A stretch of DNA of 64,000 nucleotides, taken from contig JAXMOL010000005.1 of NCBI GenBank assembly GCA_034669905.1, forward strand, positions 32,001 through 96,000. The letters run 5' to 3'. Positions 39,340 to 49,359 of the stretch are shown here, piece by piece; the stretch's first letter is position 1; the number at the start of each line of letters is the position of its first letter. The notes under the pieces were generated by a model. It saw only the letters and a list, made by a program, of their open reading frames with translations, was not told the DNA's origin and did no database searches. Source of the DNA: Candidatus Hydrogenedentota bacterium. GTDB taxonomy: Bacteria > Hydrogenedentota > Hydrogenedentia > Hydrogenedentales > JAEUWI01. The position numbers and the translations under genes are program-made.

Positions 39340-39702
39340 ATGACCACGATGGATAACACGATTGAACAGCCCAAAGCCCTGCTCCGCGCTACCGACGACG
39401 CCATCGCCGCCCTGGGCGAAATGCAACGCGGTGAAGAAGGCAAGGGGAAGGATGGGGTGCGTTTGGGCGTGAAGGGGGGCGGCTGCTCCGGCTTCTCCTA
39501 TGTCCTCGAATTCGATAACAAGCGCGAAGGGGACAACATTCTTGAGCAAGACGGGGTCACCTTCTATATGGACCGCAAGTCGGCCATCTATTTGAAGGGC
39601 ATCGTCCTGGATTATCGCGCCGGTCTTCAGGGTAAGGGTTTCGTCTTCCAAAACCCCAATGCCACCACAACCTGTGGCTGCGGCGAGTCTTTCTCCGTCT
39701 GA
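39340..39702 (+). CDS. iscA: A-type Fe-S carrier (IscA/SufA/ErpA, HesB family)
   Basis: GGGCSGFSY and NPNATTTCGCGESF. Confidence 0.93.
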   Translation: MTTMDNTIEQPKALLRATDDAIAALGEMQRGEEGKGKDGVRLGVKGGGCSGFSYVLEFDNKREGDNILEQDGVTFYMDRKSAIYLKGIVLDYRAGLQGKGFVFQNPNATTTCGCGESFSV

Positions 39703-39798
39703 GCAATCAGACACCCCATCCCCTGAGATTTCCCTGAAGCAAAACAGGTCCTCATTCCATTTCCCAGGCACTGCCTGACGTCCCCCAGGTTTTACTTC

Positions 39799-41529
39799 AT
39801 GGCTGTACTACGAGAATTGAAGGCCGTTCGCGAGAATATCGGCCTTTGGATGCGGGAGGACTATACGGTCCTCCAGTTTTCCGGCAAGGACGCCGGCACC
39901 TGGCTCCATTCCCAGACTACCAACGACGTAACCGGACTACGCTCCGGTCACGGTAATCTCCAGGCCATCCTCGATCGCCAGGGGCGGGTGCAGGCCTATT
40001 TCAGCCTCCACCGCTGGGAAGATGAATTCTGGGTTATCATCGAAAAAGCCCAACTCCCTGCACTGCTGGCCCGCGTTGAATCCCATCTGATTATGGAAGA
40101 TGTGACGGTGGAAGAGGTGGGTCAGGACAGTCCCCAGATTCTGCTCGAAGGCCCTCGGGCGGCGGTCCTCCTCGCCAATCAACACGGGGACCCCCTGGAA
40201 GCGGCCCACCAGCTGCCCACCCAGGATTACGCGTTCAGCCCCATTCGCCTGCTTGACCACGATGTCCTCCTCTTTCGGCAGGGAGAATCCGGGGAAGATG
40301 GTTTCTTGCTCCTTCCCGGCCCGGGTGAAGCACAGACCCTCTTTGAAAAACTGGAAGATGTGGGTGTCGACTTCGCTATAGAGCTGGTCGGCAGCGAGGC
40401 CCGTGCCACCCTCCAACTGGAGTCCGGCCTGCCCCGATGGGGCCAGGGCATCGATGAAACCCGCATCGTGGTGGAGACCCCCCTCGCCCAATCGGCCATC
40501 AGCTATGAGAAAGGGTGCTACCTGGGGCAGGAAGTGGTCGCACGGCTCAAGGCCTATGGCACCCCCAAACAACAACTTGTGGCCTTGCTGCTGCCCGACG
40601 ATGGATCGCCCCTGCCCCTGGCCGGTGATGCCTTGCATGAGGGCGAAAAGCGGGTGGGTACGCTGGTCCGGATAGGCTACTCCCCCACGCTTTCCCACTG
40701 GCTCGCATGGGCCTATATGGACCGAGACCACCGGGTTTCGGGCACGACTTACCCCCTACGCCCGGCCTCCTCAGAGCAGGCGATAGGGGCAACGCTCAAG
40801 CACTTTCCTGCCTGGGAGGCCGCGACGCGCCGAGAAAACGCCGAACGGTTCTACAACGAAGCGTTGGGCCACTTTGAGGCAGACTATGACGACGAAAAAG
40901 ACACGGCCATCGAAATCCTCATGGAAGCGTTGGTCCTTGCACCTACCTATGAGGATGCCTACGAAGCCCTGGGGGTCATACTCCATCGACACCATCGGGT
41001 GGAGGAAGCCATACTCTTCATGAAGAAGCTGGCGGCCCTCAATCCCAACTGCGTCATGGCCCACACCAACCTCTCGGTCTTTTACATGAGTCAGGGCATG
41101 ATTCAGGAAGCGGAAGACGAAAAGGCCCTGGCGAACCAACTGGAATTCAAGCAGCAATTGGATGCCCGCCAGGCGGAAAAAGCGGCACGTCAGGAACGGG
41201 AACGCATCAAGGCCGAAGCCGAGAGCCGGATCGGCATGTTTCTGGAAGTATTAGACATCGATCCCGACGATCCCGTGGCTACCATGGGACTCGGACAGGC
41301 CTACATCCAGCTGGAGCGCCATGCCGACGCCATCCCCTATCTGGAAACGGCAACCCGGGTACAAAAAGACTTTTCCGCTGCCTACCTGAATCTCGGAAAG
41401 TGTCACGAAGTGCTGGGAAATAGCGAAGCAGCCCGCAGTGCCTATGAGAAGGGCATCGAAGTGGCCGGCCGCAAAGGGGATCTTATGCCCATGCGCGAAA
41501 TGGAGCGACGGCTGAAGCAACTGGCATAG
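39799..41529 (+). CDS. ygfZ: YgfZ/IBA57-like folate-binding Fe-S maturation protein fused to TPR repeats
   Basis: KGCYLGQE signature in a GcvT fold; C-terminal ~230 aa of TPR-like helices. Confidence 0.88.
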   Translation: MAVLRELKAVRENIGLWMREDYTVLQFSGKDAGTWLHSQTTNDVTGLRSGHGNLQAILDRQGRVQAYFSLHRWEDEFWVIIEKAQLPALLARVESHLIMEDVTVEEVGQDSPQILLEGPRAAVLLANQHGDPLEAAHQLPTQDYAFSPIRLLDHDVLLFRQGESGEDGFLLLPGPGEAQTLFEKLEDVGVDFAIELVGSEARATLQLESGLPRWGQGIDETRIVVETPLAQSAISYEKGCYLGQEVVARLKAYGTPKQQLVALLLPDDGSPLPLAGDALHEGEKRVGTLVRIGYSPTLSHWLAWAYMDRDHRVSGTTYPLRPASSEQAIGATLKHFPAWEAATRRENAERFYNEALGHFEADYDDEKDTAIEILMEALVLAPTYEDAYEALGVILHRHHRVEEAILFMKKLAALNPNCVMAHTNLSVFYMSQGMIQEAEDEKALANQLEFKQQLDARQAEKAARQERERIKAEAESRIGMFLEVLDIDPDDPVATMGLGQAYIQLERHADAIPYLETATRVQKDFSAAYLNLGKCHEVLGNSEAARSAYEKGIEVAGRKGDLMPMREMERRLKQLA

Positions 41530-41957
41530 CCACCGCACCGCTGGTCCTATTCGTTTTCCAATAGACTCGCGATGCGCCGTATACCCTCACCCAGAATCCG
41601 CAAAGCCATATCTACGGCGGATTGGGTGGAATCTGAAATAGATTCAAACATACTTTCCTATCCTGCTCAGGCACCCGTGCCTGATAGTAATACCCCGGTC
41701 ATACGACGATGTTACGCTCTTATCTATACATGAAGCATGCACAAAAGTTTCTTCGCCGACAAGACGCCTTCCCTATCGGGTTATTCATCCTTGAACAATC
41801 ATTCTCACGATGACCGGCAAGGTGAACAACAAATCCTCGTCAACACTGACCACCCTCCATTTTCTGCCACCTTGCCCCTGTCCGATTCTCGGTCATTTCA
41901 GTACTGAATAGGCAAAAAATGCGGCTTCATACCCCTCCATGACTCCACCCAGCCTCT

Positions 41958-41972
41958 CGGCACAATTCTTGC
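41958..41972 (+). promoter_or_regulatory. Putative sigma54 promoter for the PEP-CTERM gene
   Basis: CGGCACAATTCTTGC with correct spacing, within a ~520 bp A/T-richer intergenic region. Confidence 0.6.
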
Positions 41973-42053
41973 GAGCTTCTTGTACAGTTTTTTCCGGAGT
42001 TGACCTTCAAACCTGGGAACGTAGCACACGCAACAATCAACGAGGAGAGATAA

Positions 42054-42788
42054 ATGAAGAAGGCATTACTGTACACCACCGCCCTGGGAGTCGCGGGGCT
42101 TTTCGCAGGCACGGGCTCGGCCGCCCCAGTGGATCTATCGTCATGGCAGGCGGAAGGCAGTGGCACGTGGAATCTTGCGCCCGACAACAACTCCGTGTTC
42201 CAGACCGTCAATACGAACCTACCCACGGTGTTTCACAATGGCGTAGACAGCCAGGGCTTCTCCCTCTCCGGTGAAATCACTGTGGAAACGGGCTCAGACA
42301 ATGATTTCATCGGTTTCGTGCTGGGCTTCGATACGGGTGAAGTGACAAGTGCCACGGCCAACTACATTCTCATCGACTGGAAACAGACGTCACAGACCTT
42401 CTCTTCGGTCCCGTCCTCAGCTGGTCTGGCGATATCCCATGTGACCGGTGCCGCAAACTTTGATGACTTCTGGGGACACACTGGCGTCGTCAATGAACTG
42501 CAACGGGGCGCGACGCTCGGAAGCACCGGATGGGCTGACAACACCACCTACTCCTTCGACCTGGTGTTCAATTCGAACAACATCCAAGTCTTCGTGGACG
42601 GTGTGGAAGAGCTGAACATTAACGGCAGCTTTGAGAATGGCAGCTTTGGGTTTTACAATTTCTCCCAAGAAAGTGTCCGCTATGCGGGAATCGAGCAGAC
42701 GACCAACCCCGTCCCCGAACCCGCCACAGCTGCGCTCTTTGGCATGGGGCTCCTGGGCGCAGCCATTCGTCGCCGTATGAAGAAATAG
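42054..42788 (+). CDS. PEP-CTERM surface protein with a thrombospondin C-terminal-like lectin domain
   Basis: Signal peptide; DNDFIGFVLGF; VPEPATAALFGMGLLGAAIRRRMKK. Confidence 0.9.
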   Translation: MKKALLYTTALGVAGLFAGTGSAAPVDLSSWQAEGSGTWNLAPDNNSVFQTVNTNLPTVFHNGVDSQGFSLSGEITVETGSDNDFIGFVLGFDTGEVTSATANYILIDWKQTSQTFSSVPSSAGLAISHVTGAANFDDFWGHTGVVNELQRGATLGSTGWADNTTYSFDLVFNSNNIQVFVDGVEELNINGSFENGSFGFYNFSQESVRYAGIEQTTNPVPEPATAALFGMGLLGAAIRRRMKK

Positions 42789-42843
42789 AGATTCAATCCA
42801 CCCGCTCCTCGGTCACAAGACCGTAAGGGGGTTATAAACTCAA

Positions 42844-42883
42844 ATGGCACGTACGTCGTCTAACGTACGTGCCATAATTTTTT
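42844..42883. terminator. Terminator hairpin between convergent genes
   Basis: ATGGCACGTACGT..ACGTACGTGCCAT followed by a T tract. Confidence 0.75.
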
Positions 42884-42908
42884 AAGCATGCGAAATTCGG
42901 GTTGAGCT

Positions 42909-43916
42909 TCAATTCAGCGCATGATCGGCGGGTTTTAGACCCCGGGTGTGCTTGCTGAATCCGAAGGGTGTGGGCTTGTAGTCTCCCACTATCGCCACAT
43001 TGGATCGTGCCGGAATCTGGTCTTCCAGCCCTACCCCCCAATAGGCCGCATTGACCAAAAGACGCCGAAGTCCCTCGCTGAGCAGATCCTGAGATGCGCC
43101 CATGGTCGTGGTAAAGATGCGGCCCGCCTTGCCCGATTTCCCGGTGTAGGTCTTGGTCCAGGCGATGGGATGCTTCACGGTCTTCTCCGCATGGGGCGGG
43201 TCGTCGGGGTTCATTCCCGTAAGCACGATTCCCTGTATCAGGGGTTGGCTGTCACCGGTGAGGGTGGTAATGCCATAGACGTCCGTACCGCCCCAGATGT
43301 CCTCACAGCCCTGCACGATGGGATGGCCTTTCGCCTCCGGAACGATTTCGCCCCGGGTGCTTTCCACACCATGATGACCGTAGTGGTTCACCCACGTCTC
43401 GCCCAGGACTTGCCGCCCGTAGCCCCCTTTAAAATCGTCCGCCGGGTTATTCCAGGTGTAGCGGGCGTAAGGACTGTCCGGGTTCTTGATGTAATTGAAG
43501 GGGTGGGTTGCCGTGCGCAGGGCGATGATGGGCTTGCCCGCATTGGTGAAATCGACAATATGCTTCATTTGCCCGTCGGGAAGCTCGCGGAAGCGGGTGA
43601 AGAGGACCATGAGATCTGCGTCTTTCAGCGCCTCCAGCCCGGGGATGTTGTCCAGGGTTTCCGGGTCAATCTCCCCCGTCTCCCGGTTGATGGAGAACAA
43701 CACGGTGCAGGTAAAGCCATGGTGCACCGCCAGTATTTTGGCCAACTGGGGCATCCCCTCTTCGGAGCGGTATTCCTCATCGCCCGTAACAAAGACGATA
43801 TGCTTCCCAAGCCCGGGCCCCTCCGTCCCCTTATACGTAACGCCGGCCGCGAAAACGGGCCCGGCCCCCAGGGAAAACAGGGTCATTGCCAACACAAACT
43901 TCCTGATGGATACCAT
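42909..43916 (-). CDS. ThuA-like (class I glutamine amidotransferase fold) secreted protein
   Basis: Signal peptide; GDEEYRSEE, LRTATH, GETWVNHYG, RIFTTTMG and RRLLVNAAYW. Confidence 0.8.
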   Translation of the reverse strand: MVSIRKFVLAMTLFSLGAGPVFAAGVTYKGTEGPGLGKHIVFVTGDEEYRSEEGMPQLAKILAVHHGFTCTVLFSINRETGEIDPETLDNIPGLEALKDADLMVLFTRFRELPDGQMKHIVDFTNAGKPIIALRTATHPFNYIKNPDSPYARYTWNNPADDFKGGYGRQVLGETWVNHYGHHGVESTRGEIVPEAKGHPIVQGCEDIWGGTDVYGITTLTGDSQPLIQGIVLTGMNPDDPPHAEKTVKHPIAWTKTYTGKSGKAGRIFTTTMGASQDLLSEGLRRLLVNAAYWGVGLEDQIPARSNVAIVGDYKPTPFGFSKHTRGLKPADHALN

Positions 43917-44034
43917 ACGACGTGCCTCTCCGTTCGTAAACTCGTTCATCCGTAGTGAATCGAAAGCGAATCACCATGGGATAGACTGGCGCACAGACTA
44001 AGCCCGAATCAAGTCGGTCGCGCCGGAGGCACCA

Positions 44035-44355
44035 CTATTTGCGCTTGCGCAGCTTTTTAATGCGGCTGTAGGCTTCGTTGAGCGCCCGCATGGTATCGCC
44101 GTCCCCCCCCACATCCGGGTGATGAAGCTTGGCCTTCTTGCGATAGGCCCGTTCGATTTCATCCCATTGGGCGGAAGGTGAAATGCCGAGCATGCGGTAG
44201 CACATATCCAGATCGCCGGCGGGCTGGTTGGGCTCGTCGTCAAATCGCTCGCCCCGCAGTTCCCGCAGGCCTCGGATAATGACGGGCCACAGCCCGGTGG
44301 CACTCAAGACAATAATGATTATGGCGAGGAACATCAGTTCTCGTGGTCCAAGCAT
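44035..44355 (-). CDS. Small membrane J-domain protein with a TatA-like N-terminus
   Basis: MLGPRELMFLAIIIIVL TM helix; YRMLG..IERAYRKKAKLHHPDVGG..LNEAY. Confidence 0.85.
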   Translation of the reverse strand: MLGPRELMFLAIIIIVLSATGLWPVIIRGLRELRGERFDDEPNQPAGDLDMCYRMLGISPSAQWDEIERAYRKKAKLHHPDVGGDGDTMRALNEAYSRIKKLRKRK

Positions 44356-44423
44356 GGCAGTATTCGCTTCAGAGGTTTGGCTTCAGGTATGGAGCGCGAT
44401 CAGGGCGCGCGGCGAGTGAAAAC

Positions 44424-45188
44424 CTAGTGTTTCTTTCGATCGTTGAACTTGAATATATTATCCACGGCTTCCCCGACCTTGTCATTCTTTTTCGGCTTCT
44501 TGCTTTCTTTTCGGCGGTGGCTTCGCTGGAAGTTCACCACCAGCGGGAGGAGCTTCATATAAAGGAATCCCATGGCCATCCCCCCGAGATGGGTTTCCCA
44601 GGAGATGGAGGGGGCTGTCCGGCTGTAGATGATATTGACCACGAAGGCAATAATGACCAGTGCCCGCGCGTTGAGCGGAAACGGTATGGGAAAGAGGAAG
44701 AACTGCCGGTCGGGCTCTACCATGGCATAGGCCACCAACACGGCCATCACCGCGCCACTCGCACCCACAACCACCGGGGCCTTGCCCGTCAACACATAGG
44801 GGATCACCGTGGCAAGGACGGCACCGGCTCCGCAGATAATGTAAAAGCGAAAGAACGATCGGGTGCCAAGAACCCGTTCCACATCCGGTCCAAAAAAGTA
44901 GAGCCAGAGCATGTTGAAAAAGAGATGTAGCAGTCCGGAGTGGAGAAACTGATAGGAAACGGGGCCCCAGATCCATCCTTGAAAGAAGCGTCCCGGATGA
45001 AAGCCGAACCACGTATCCAGGTTACCTCCCGGCACACTGGACACCATGCCCACCATGATCATGATCGGATCAGCCAGTAATTGAACCGCGAAGACGATAA
45101 TATTGGCCAGGATAAGCCGCTGAACGGCCCAGGTAACTCGTGGACTCCCGAAACCTGCAGGATCCGCGTTAAAACTGAATCGATTCAT
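44424..45188 (-). CDS. Rhomboid intramembrane serine protease
   Basis: FLH..HLFFNM, VGASGA (Ser) and THLGG (His); start may be up to 45251. Confidence 0.93.
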   Translation of the reverse strand: MNRFSFNADPAGFGSPRVTWAVQRLILANIIVFAVQLLADPIMIMVGMVSSVPGGNLDTWFGFHPGRFFQGWIWGPVSYQFLHSGLLHLFFNMLWLYFFGPDVERVLGTRSFFRFYIICGAGAVLATVIPYVLTGKAPVVVGASGAVMAVLVAYAMVEPDRQFFLFPIPFPLNARALVIIAFVVNIIYSRTAPSISWETHLGGMAMGFLYMKLLPLVVNFQRSHRRKESKKPKKNDKVGEAVDNIFKFNDRKKH

Positions 45189-45319
45189 GAAATTCTCAAA
45201 TGGTTTCGGCCCCTCGACTGGAAATTGGACGACCACAATAGGCCGGGACATGGTCGCCTGATCTGCACTGCGTCACCCACCCATTGTACCCGATTCGCCC
45301 GGATTGAAACCAAGTTCCC

Positions 45320-45874
45320 CTACTGACCAAGATGGTTGGTAAGGGGATAGGAGCCAATGCTTCCCAGTCGGTCATAGGGGAAATAGATGTAGCGCACGCG
45401 TCCGACGATCAGGGAGGTGGGATAGCTCTCCCCCGCATCGTGGCTGTCCAAACTGTTGTTGCGATTATCCCCTAAGACGAAGACGTGGTCCTCGGGCACC
45501 CGCACGGACGTGGGCATCTCATACTGCATGGGTTCGGCAATATAGGGTTCCGAGGCATACTCACCATTGATATGGAGGGCCCCGCGAAGGATGGAGATCT
45601 CATCGCCGCCCACCCCGACAATACGCTTTACGAAGTAGCCCCCCGAGCCATCAGGTTCACGGAGCACCACAATCTCCCCACGCTCATAGGAATCCTCGGC
45701 CATGGTCATGATCTGGTCGACGGGGAGAAGGGTCGGCTCCATGGAAGACGAAGGTATTCGAAAGAAGCGCGCTTCACGGAATCCAAAGACGTAGACGGCG
45801 CCAATCAGCAGGATGCCGACCGCGACATTGCCAACCGCTTTGCCCACAAAGACCGCACGCACATGATCCCACAT
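45320..45874 (-). CDS. lepB: Signal peptidase I
   Basis: SSSMEPTL, FVKRIVG and GDNRNNSLDS. Confidence 0.93.
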   Translation of the reverse strand: MWDHVRAVFVGKAVGNVAVGILLIGAVYVFGFREARFFRIPSSSMEPTLLPVDQIMTMAEDSYERGEIVVLREPDGSGGYFVKRIVGVGGDEISILRGALHINGEYASEPYIAEPMQYEMPTSVRVPEDHVFVLGDNRNNSLDSHDAGESYPTSLIVGRVRYIYFPYDRLGSIGSYPLTNHLGQ

Positions 45875-45937
45875 CAGGTACAGCGCTCCTGGGCGCGATC
45901 GACACTCCGGATGTCCAGCTGCATTCCACGTAGATGA

Positions 45938-46918
45938 CTACGCTTCATCGTCGAGTCCGTCGATCAGACGCTGCACCACGTCGTTATCCGGAATGATTTT
46001 CTGGGCTTCCTCAAAGCAGCGCAGGGCGTCTTTGTTACGCCCTGCCAGTTTCCACATGCGGCCCTCATTGAGCCACGTGTAAAACACCTTCACCGGGGTG
46101 GGGGCATATTCCCGTGCGGCCTGCCACGCCTTGGCGGCGTCTTTCCAGTCGGCCTTAATTCCAAAATTCTCTGCAGCGAGGTAGTTTACGGCATAGTCTT
46201 CCAGGAGCTGATAGTCTTCCGGAGCCTCTTTCACGGCCCGACTGGACAGCTTCATGGCCTCTTTGTAGACTTTCTTCTTGGACCAGCCGCGCTGTTTTTC
46301 GACTTCCTGGCTGAAGATGAGATAATTCTGGGCCATGTTAAAAAGGAAGTCGGGATTCTTCGGCTCGAGTTCCAGGGCCCGGTCCATGTTTTGAAATCCC
46401 AGCGGATAACGGCCTACGTGGAAATAGTGCATACCCAGGTTGTTGTAGGGTTGACTGTAGTTGCTGTCGAGGGAGATGGCCGTATGCCATTCCTTGACCC
46501 CCTCCACCTGCTTGCCAAAGTTATCATAGAGGATATTTCCCCGGAAGTTGCGAACCCGGGCGTCCTCGGCATAGTTCCGGAGCCCCGACTCACAAAGCCA
46601 CGTCAGCTTCCGCAGGCATTCCTTCATTTCGAGCTGGTAGGCCGTTGCCTGTTCGGGAGAATCCGTTTTGCCGGAGCGGAGAATTTCGAGCAGCACGTTG
46701 ATCCGCATGACTTCCCGGTCCCCCATCGACTCCAACATCTCGACATACGCTTCTTTGTCCGCACGCAGGGCCTCCAAGGGCGCCAGATAAACCGTCGCCT
46801 CTTCAACGCCGGTATCTGGCTCGGGGGCTGCTTCCTGTGACCAGACGGGGCAGGCACTTAACAGGGTAAACAGGAGTGCGGAGCACACCACTCCAGGGAG
46901 TATACGTTGATAGGTCAT
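45938..46918 (-). CDS. Secreted TPR-repeat protein
   Basis: Signal peptide; PYNNLG, ALELEPKNP and ALRCFEEA TPR units. Confidence 0.85.
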   Translation of the reverse strand: MTYQRILPGVVCSALLFTLLSACPVWSQEAAPEPDTGVEEATVYLAPLEALRADKEAYVEMLESMGDREVMRINVLLEILRSGKTDSPEQATAYQLEMKECLRKLTWLCESGLRNYAEDARVRNFRGNILYDNFGKQVEGVKEWHTAISLDSNYSQPYNNLGMHYFHVGRYPLGFQNMDRALELEPKNPDFLFNMAQNYLIFSQEVEKQRGWSKKKVYKEAMKLSSRAVKEAPEDYQLLEDYAVNYLAAENFGIKADWKDAAKAWQAAREYAPTPVKVFYTWLNEGRMWKLAGRNKDALRCFEEAQKIIPDNDVVQRLIDGLDDEA

Positions 46919-47011
46919 GCAGCCGATCCTTGTTGGTCGAAGAGGTTTCACATACCGTCCATAATACCATAACGGTATTGTCTGTGCATTCCGGGTACAG
47001 CCCATTTGAGG

Positions 47012-48259
47012 TCAGTTGACGTGATCGGGTGTGCACTCGGCAGGAATCGGGACCACGTCGCCGGATTCGACCACGACCACGCCCCCGGGGGTAACCCGAA
47101 AGTGCCGGGCATCCTCTTCCAGGTTATAGCCGATCACCGCATGCTCCGGTATATGGACACCTTTTTCTACGATAACCTTCCGCAGACGGGCGTGGCGGCC
47201 AACATCGACACCGCTGAACAGGACCGATGATTCCACGTGGGAGTAGCTGTTCACCCGGACACATGGCGAGAGCACGGAACGGGTGACCTCTCCCCCGCTG
47301 ATGATGCAGCCGTTACTGATAACGGAGTCGGTAGCGATACCATAGCGACCGTCCCGCTCTGCAAAGACGAACTTGGCCGGAGGGTGGGGCGGCTGGGTAA
47401 GCAAAAGTGGCCAGGACGTATCGTAGAGATTGAACTGAGGCTCAACCTCGACCAAATCCATGTTGGCCTCCCAGAGGCTGTCGAGGGTCCCGACATCCCG
47501 CCAATAGGGCGCCTCTTTTTTATTCTCATCGTGGAAGGGATAGGCGTAGATATTAGCCCCCTCAATGAGCCGGGGCAGAATGTCTTTGCCGAAATCATGG
47601 GTCGTATCATCCCGCGCGACGTCCGCGAGAACCGCGTTGCGGAGCACCTCCATATTGAACAGATAGATGCCCATGGAGGCGAGGGCTTCCCCCGGGTGCG
47701 CCGGATTGGGTTTGGGAGACACCGGCTTTTCTTCGAAGCCCACGATTCGGTTTTCGGAATCGACGTTGACCACCCCGTACCGGCTGGCATCCTTCAGGGG
47801 CACGGGCATGGTGGCGACCGTAGCGGCCGCCTCCGTCTGACGATGAAACTGGACCATCCTCTGATAGTCCATCTTGTAGATATGGTCACCTGAGAGTATG
47901 AGCACTTCCCGGGGGGATTCGCGGTCGATGGAATAGAGATTATGGTATATGGCGTCGGCCGTGCCCCGATACCAGGAATCGTTCACCCGCATCTGGGGGG
48001 GGATAATTTCAATAAATTCGCCCAACTCGAGGCGGGTAATATTCCAGGCGAAGCGGATGTGCCGCACGAGCGACTGGGACTTGTATTGGGTCAGCACATG
48101 AATGCGCCGACATTGGGAATTGATACAGTTGGCCATCGTAAAATCGATGATGCGATAGGTTCCCCCAAAGGGGACGGCGGGTTTGGCCCGGTTGCGGGTC
48201 AAGGGATAGAGGCGCTCACCGGCCCCACCCGCCAGAATCACCGTCAATACGCTCTTCAC
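47012..48259 (-). CDS. glgC: Glucose-1-phosphate adenylyltransferase
   Basis: LAGGAGERLYPLT..RAKPAVPFGG, WYRGTADA, SGDHIYKMDY and FEEKP. Confidence 0.97.
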   Translation of the reverse strand: MKSVLTVILAGGAGERLYPLTRNRAKPAVPFGGTYRIIDFTMANCINSQCRRIHVLTQYKSQSLVRHIRFAWNITRLELGEFIEIIPPQMRVNDSWYRGTADAIYHNLYSIDRESPREVLILSGDHIYKMDYQRMVQFHRQTEAAATVATMPVPLKDASRYGVVNVDSENRIVGFEEKPVSPKPNPAHPGEALASMGIYLFNMEVLRNAVLADVARDDTTHDFGKDILPRLIEGANIYAYPFHDENKKEAPYWRDVGTLDSLWEANMDLVEVEPQFNLYDTSWPLLLTQPPHPPAKFVFAERDGRYGIATDSVISNGCIISGGEVTRSVLSPCVRVNSYSHVESSVLFSGVDVGRHARLRKVIVEKGVHIPEHAVIGYNLEEDARHFRVTPGGVVVVESGDVVPIPAECTPDHVN

Positions 48260-48338
48260 GCTGAATTCTCCTGTTATTGGTACCGTCAGGACACGGAAGC
48301 ACCGCCCCCGCCGTGCCGAACTGGGTACATTTCGCGGG

Positions 48339-49022
48339 TCAGGAAATCTGGGCCAGTCGTGCCAGGGCTTCGGGGTCCAGCACCGTCACGCGACGGTTGG
48401 CCATTTCCAGGAGCCCGGCTTCCCGCAGACCATGGAGAACCGAGGTGGTGGTTTCGCGGGTGGACCCGACCAGATTGGCCATCTCCTGGTGCGTCACCCG
48501 GATCGTTCGATCCTGCTCATCGCCCTGCCGGTACAGGCGCAGCAACCCGGCAGCGATACGACCACGGACCGAGCGAAAGACGGTTTCCGAGAGGACGTAT
48601 TCCACATCGTTGACCCGCTGACAATTGGCTTGGGCGACCGCGAGTGTCAGGTCGATTTCTTTGGCCAGTAACATACGAAAATCATGGGCGCCCAATCGAA
48701 TGAGTTCGACGGGCTCGAGGGCCTGGGCGCAGTTTCTGCGCCGCTCCCCTTCCAGCATACAATCCTCACCGAACATGTCGCCCGAGAAAAAATGTCGAAA
48801 GGTTAATTCACGGCCATCGCTGGATACACGGGACACCTTGACGCGACCTGAGCGGAGCCAGTATACAGAGTCGGAAAGGTCTCCGGGAAAGTAAACGGTT
48901 TGTCGGGCCGGCAACGTCTGCAGCTCTGCGCGGGACTCGATTTCATCTAACAGGGTCGTGCTGAGTCCTTTGAAGAAAGGCTCCGCCCTCACACCACACG
49001 GCTCCTCTAAAATTCCGATCAT
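48339..49022 (-). CDS. Crp/Fnr family transcriptional regulator
   Basis: cNMP-binding fold GDMFGE; HTH THQEMANLVGSTRETTT; AAGGAG RBS. Confidence 0.93.
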   Translation of the reverse strand: MIGILEEPCGVRAEPFFKGLSTTLLDEIESRAELQTLPARQTVYFPGDLSDSVYWLRSGRVKVSRVSSDGRELTFRHFFSGDMFGEDCMLEGERRRNCAQALEPVELIRLGAHDFRMLLAKEIDLTLAVAQANCQRVNDVEYVLSETVFRSVRGRIAAGLLRLYRQGDEQDRTIRVTHQEMANLVGSTRETTTSVLHGLREAGLLEMANRRVTVLDPEALARLAQIS

Positions 49023-49167
49023 CGGCTGTGCTCCTTCGCTCAGATACGCGAACTGCCCCAATCATCCAGCATTCATGTGCGAAAATACCCAGCTCCACTT
49101 TATCATGAAACCGGCAACTTGTCACGAATATACCGGAATTAGTGGTAAAAGCCGTGGCAATGGCGGT

Positions 49168-49359
49168 CTAGCTGTCAAAAAACTGTCGAAAAAGTGCAGC
49201 AATGACATCACGGTAGCTCAGGAAAAACACCGCGGTGAATCGAATGAAGAAAAAAAGTGCGGTGAGCAATATCCAGACGCAGAGCAGGGTACCAAGAAAG
49301 GGCCGCTGGGTGAGACGGGCTGGAGTCGCGCCCGGGGCATCCGAATTACTCGTGCTCAC
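49168..49359 (-). CDS. Small membrane protein at the end of the GT operon
   Basis: GTG start overlapping the DUF2304 stop; hydrophobic FLGTLLCVWILLTALFFFIRF. Confidence 0.5.
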   Translation of the reverse strand: MSTSNSDAPGATPARLTQRPFLGTLLCVWILLTALFFFIRFTAVFFLSYRDVIAALFRQFFDS

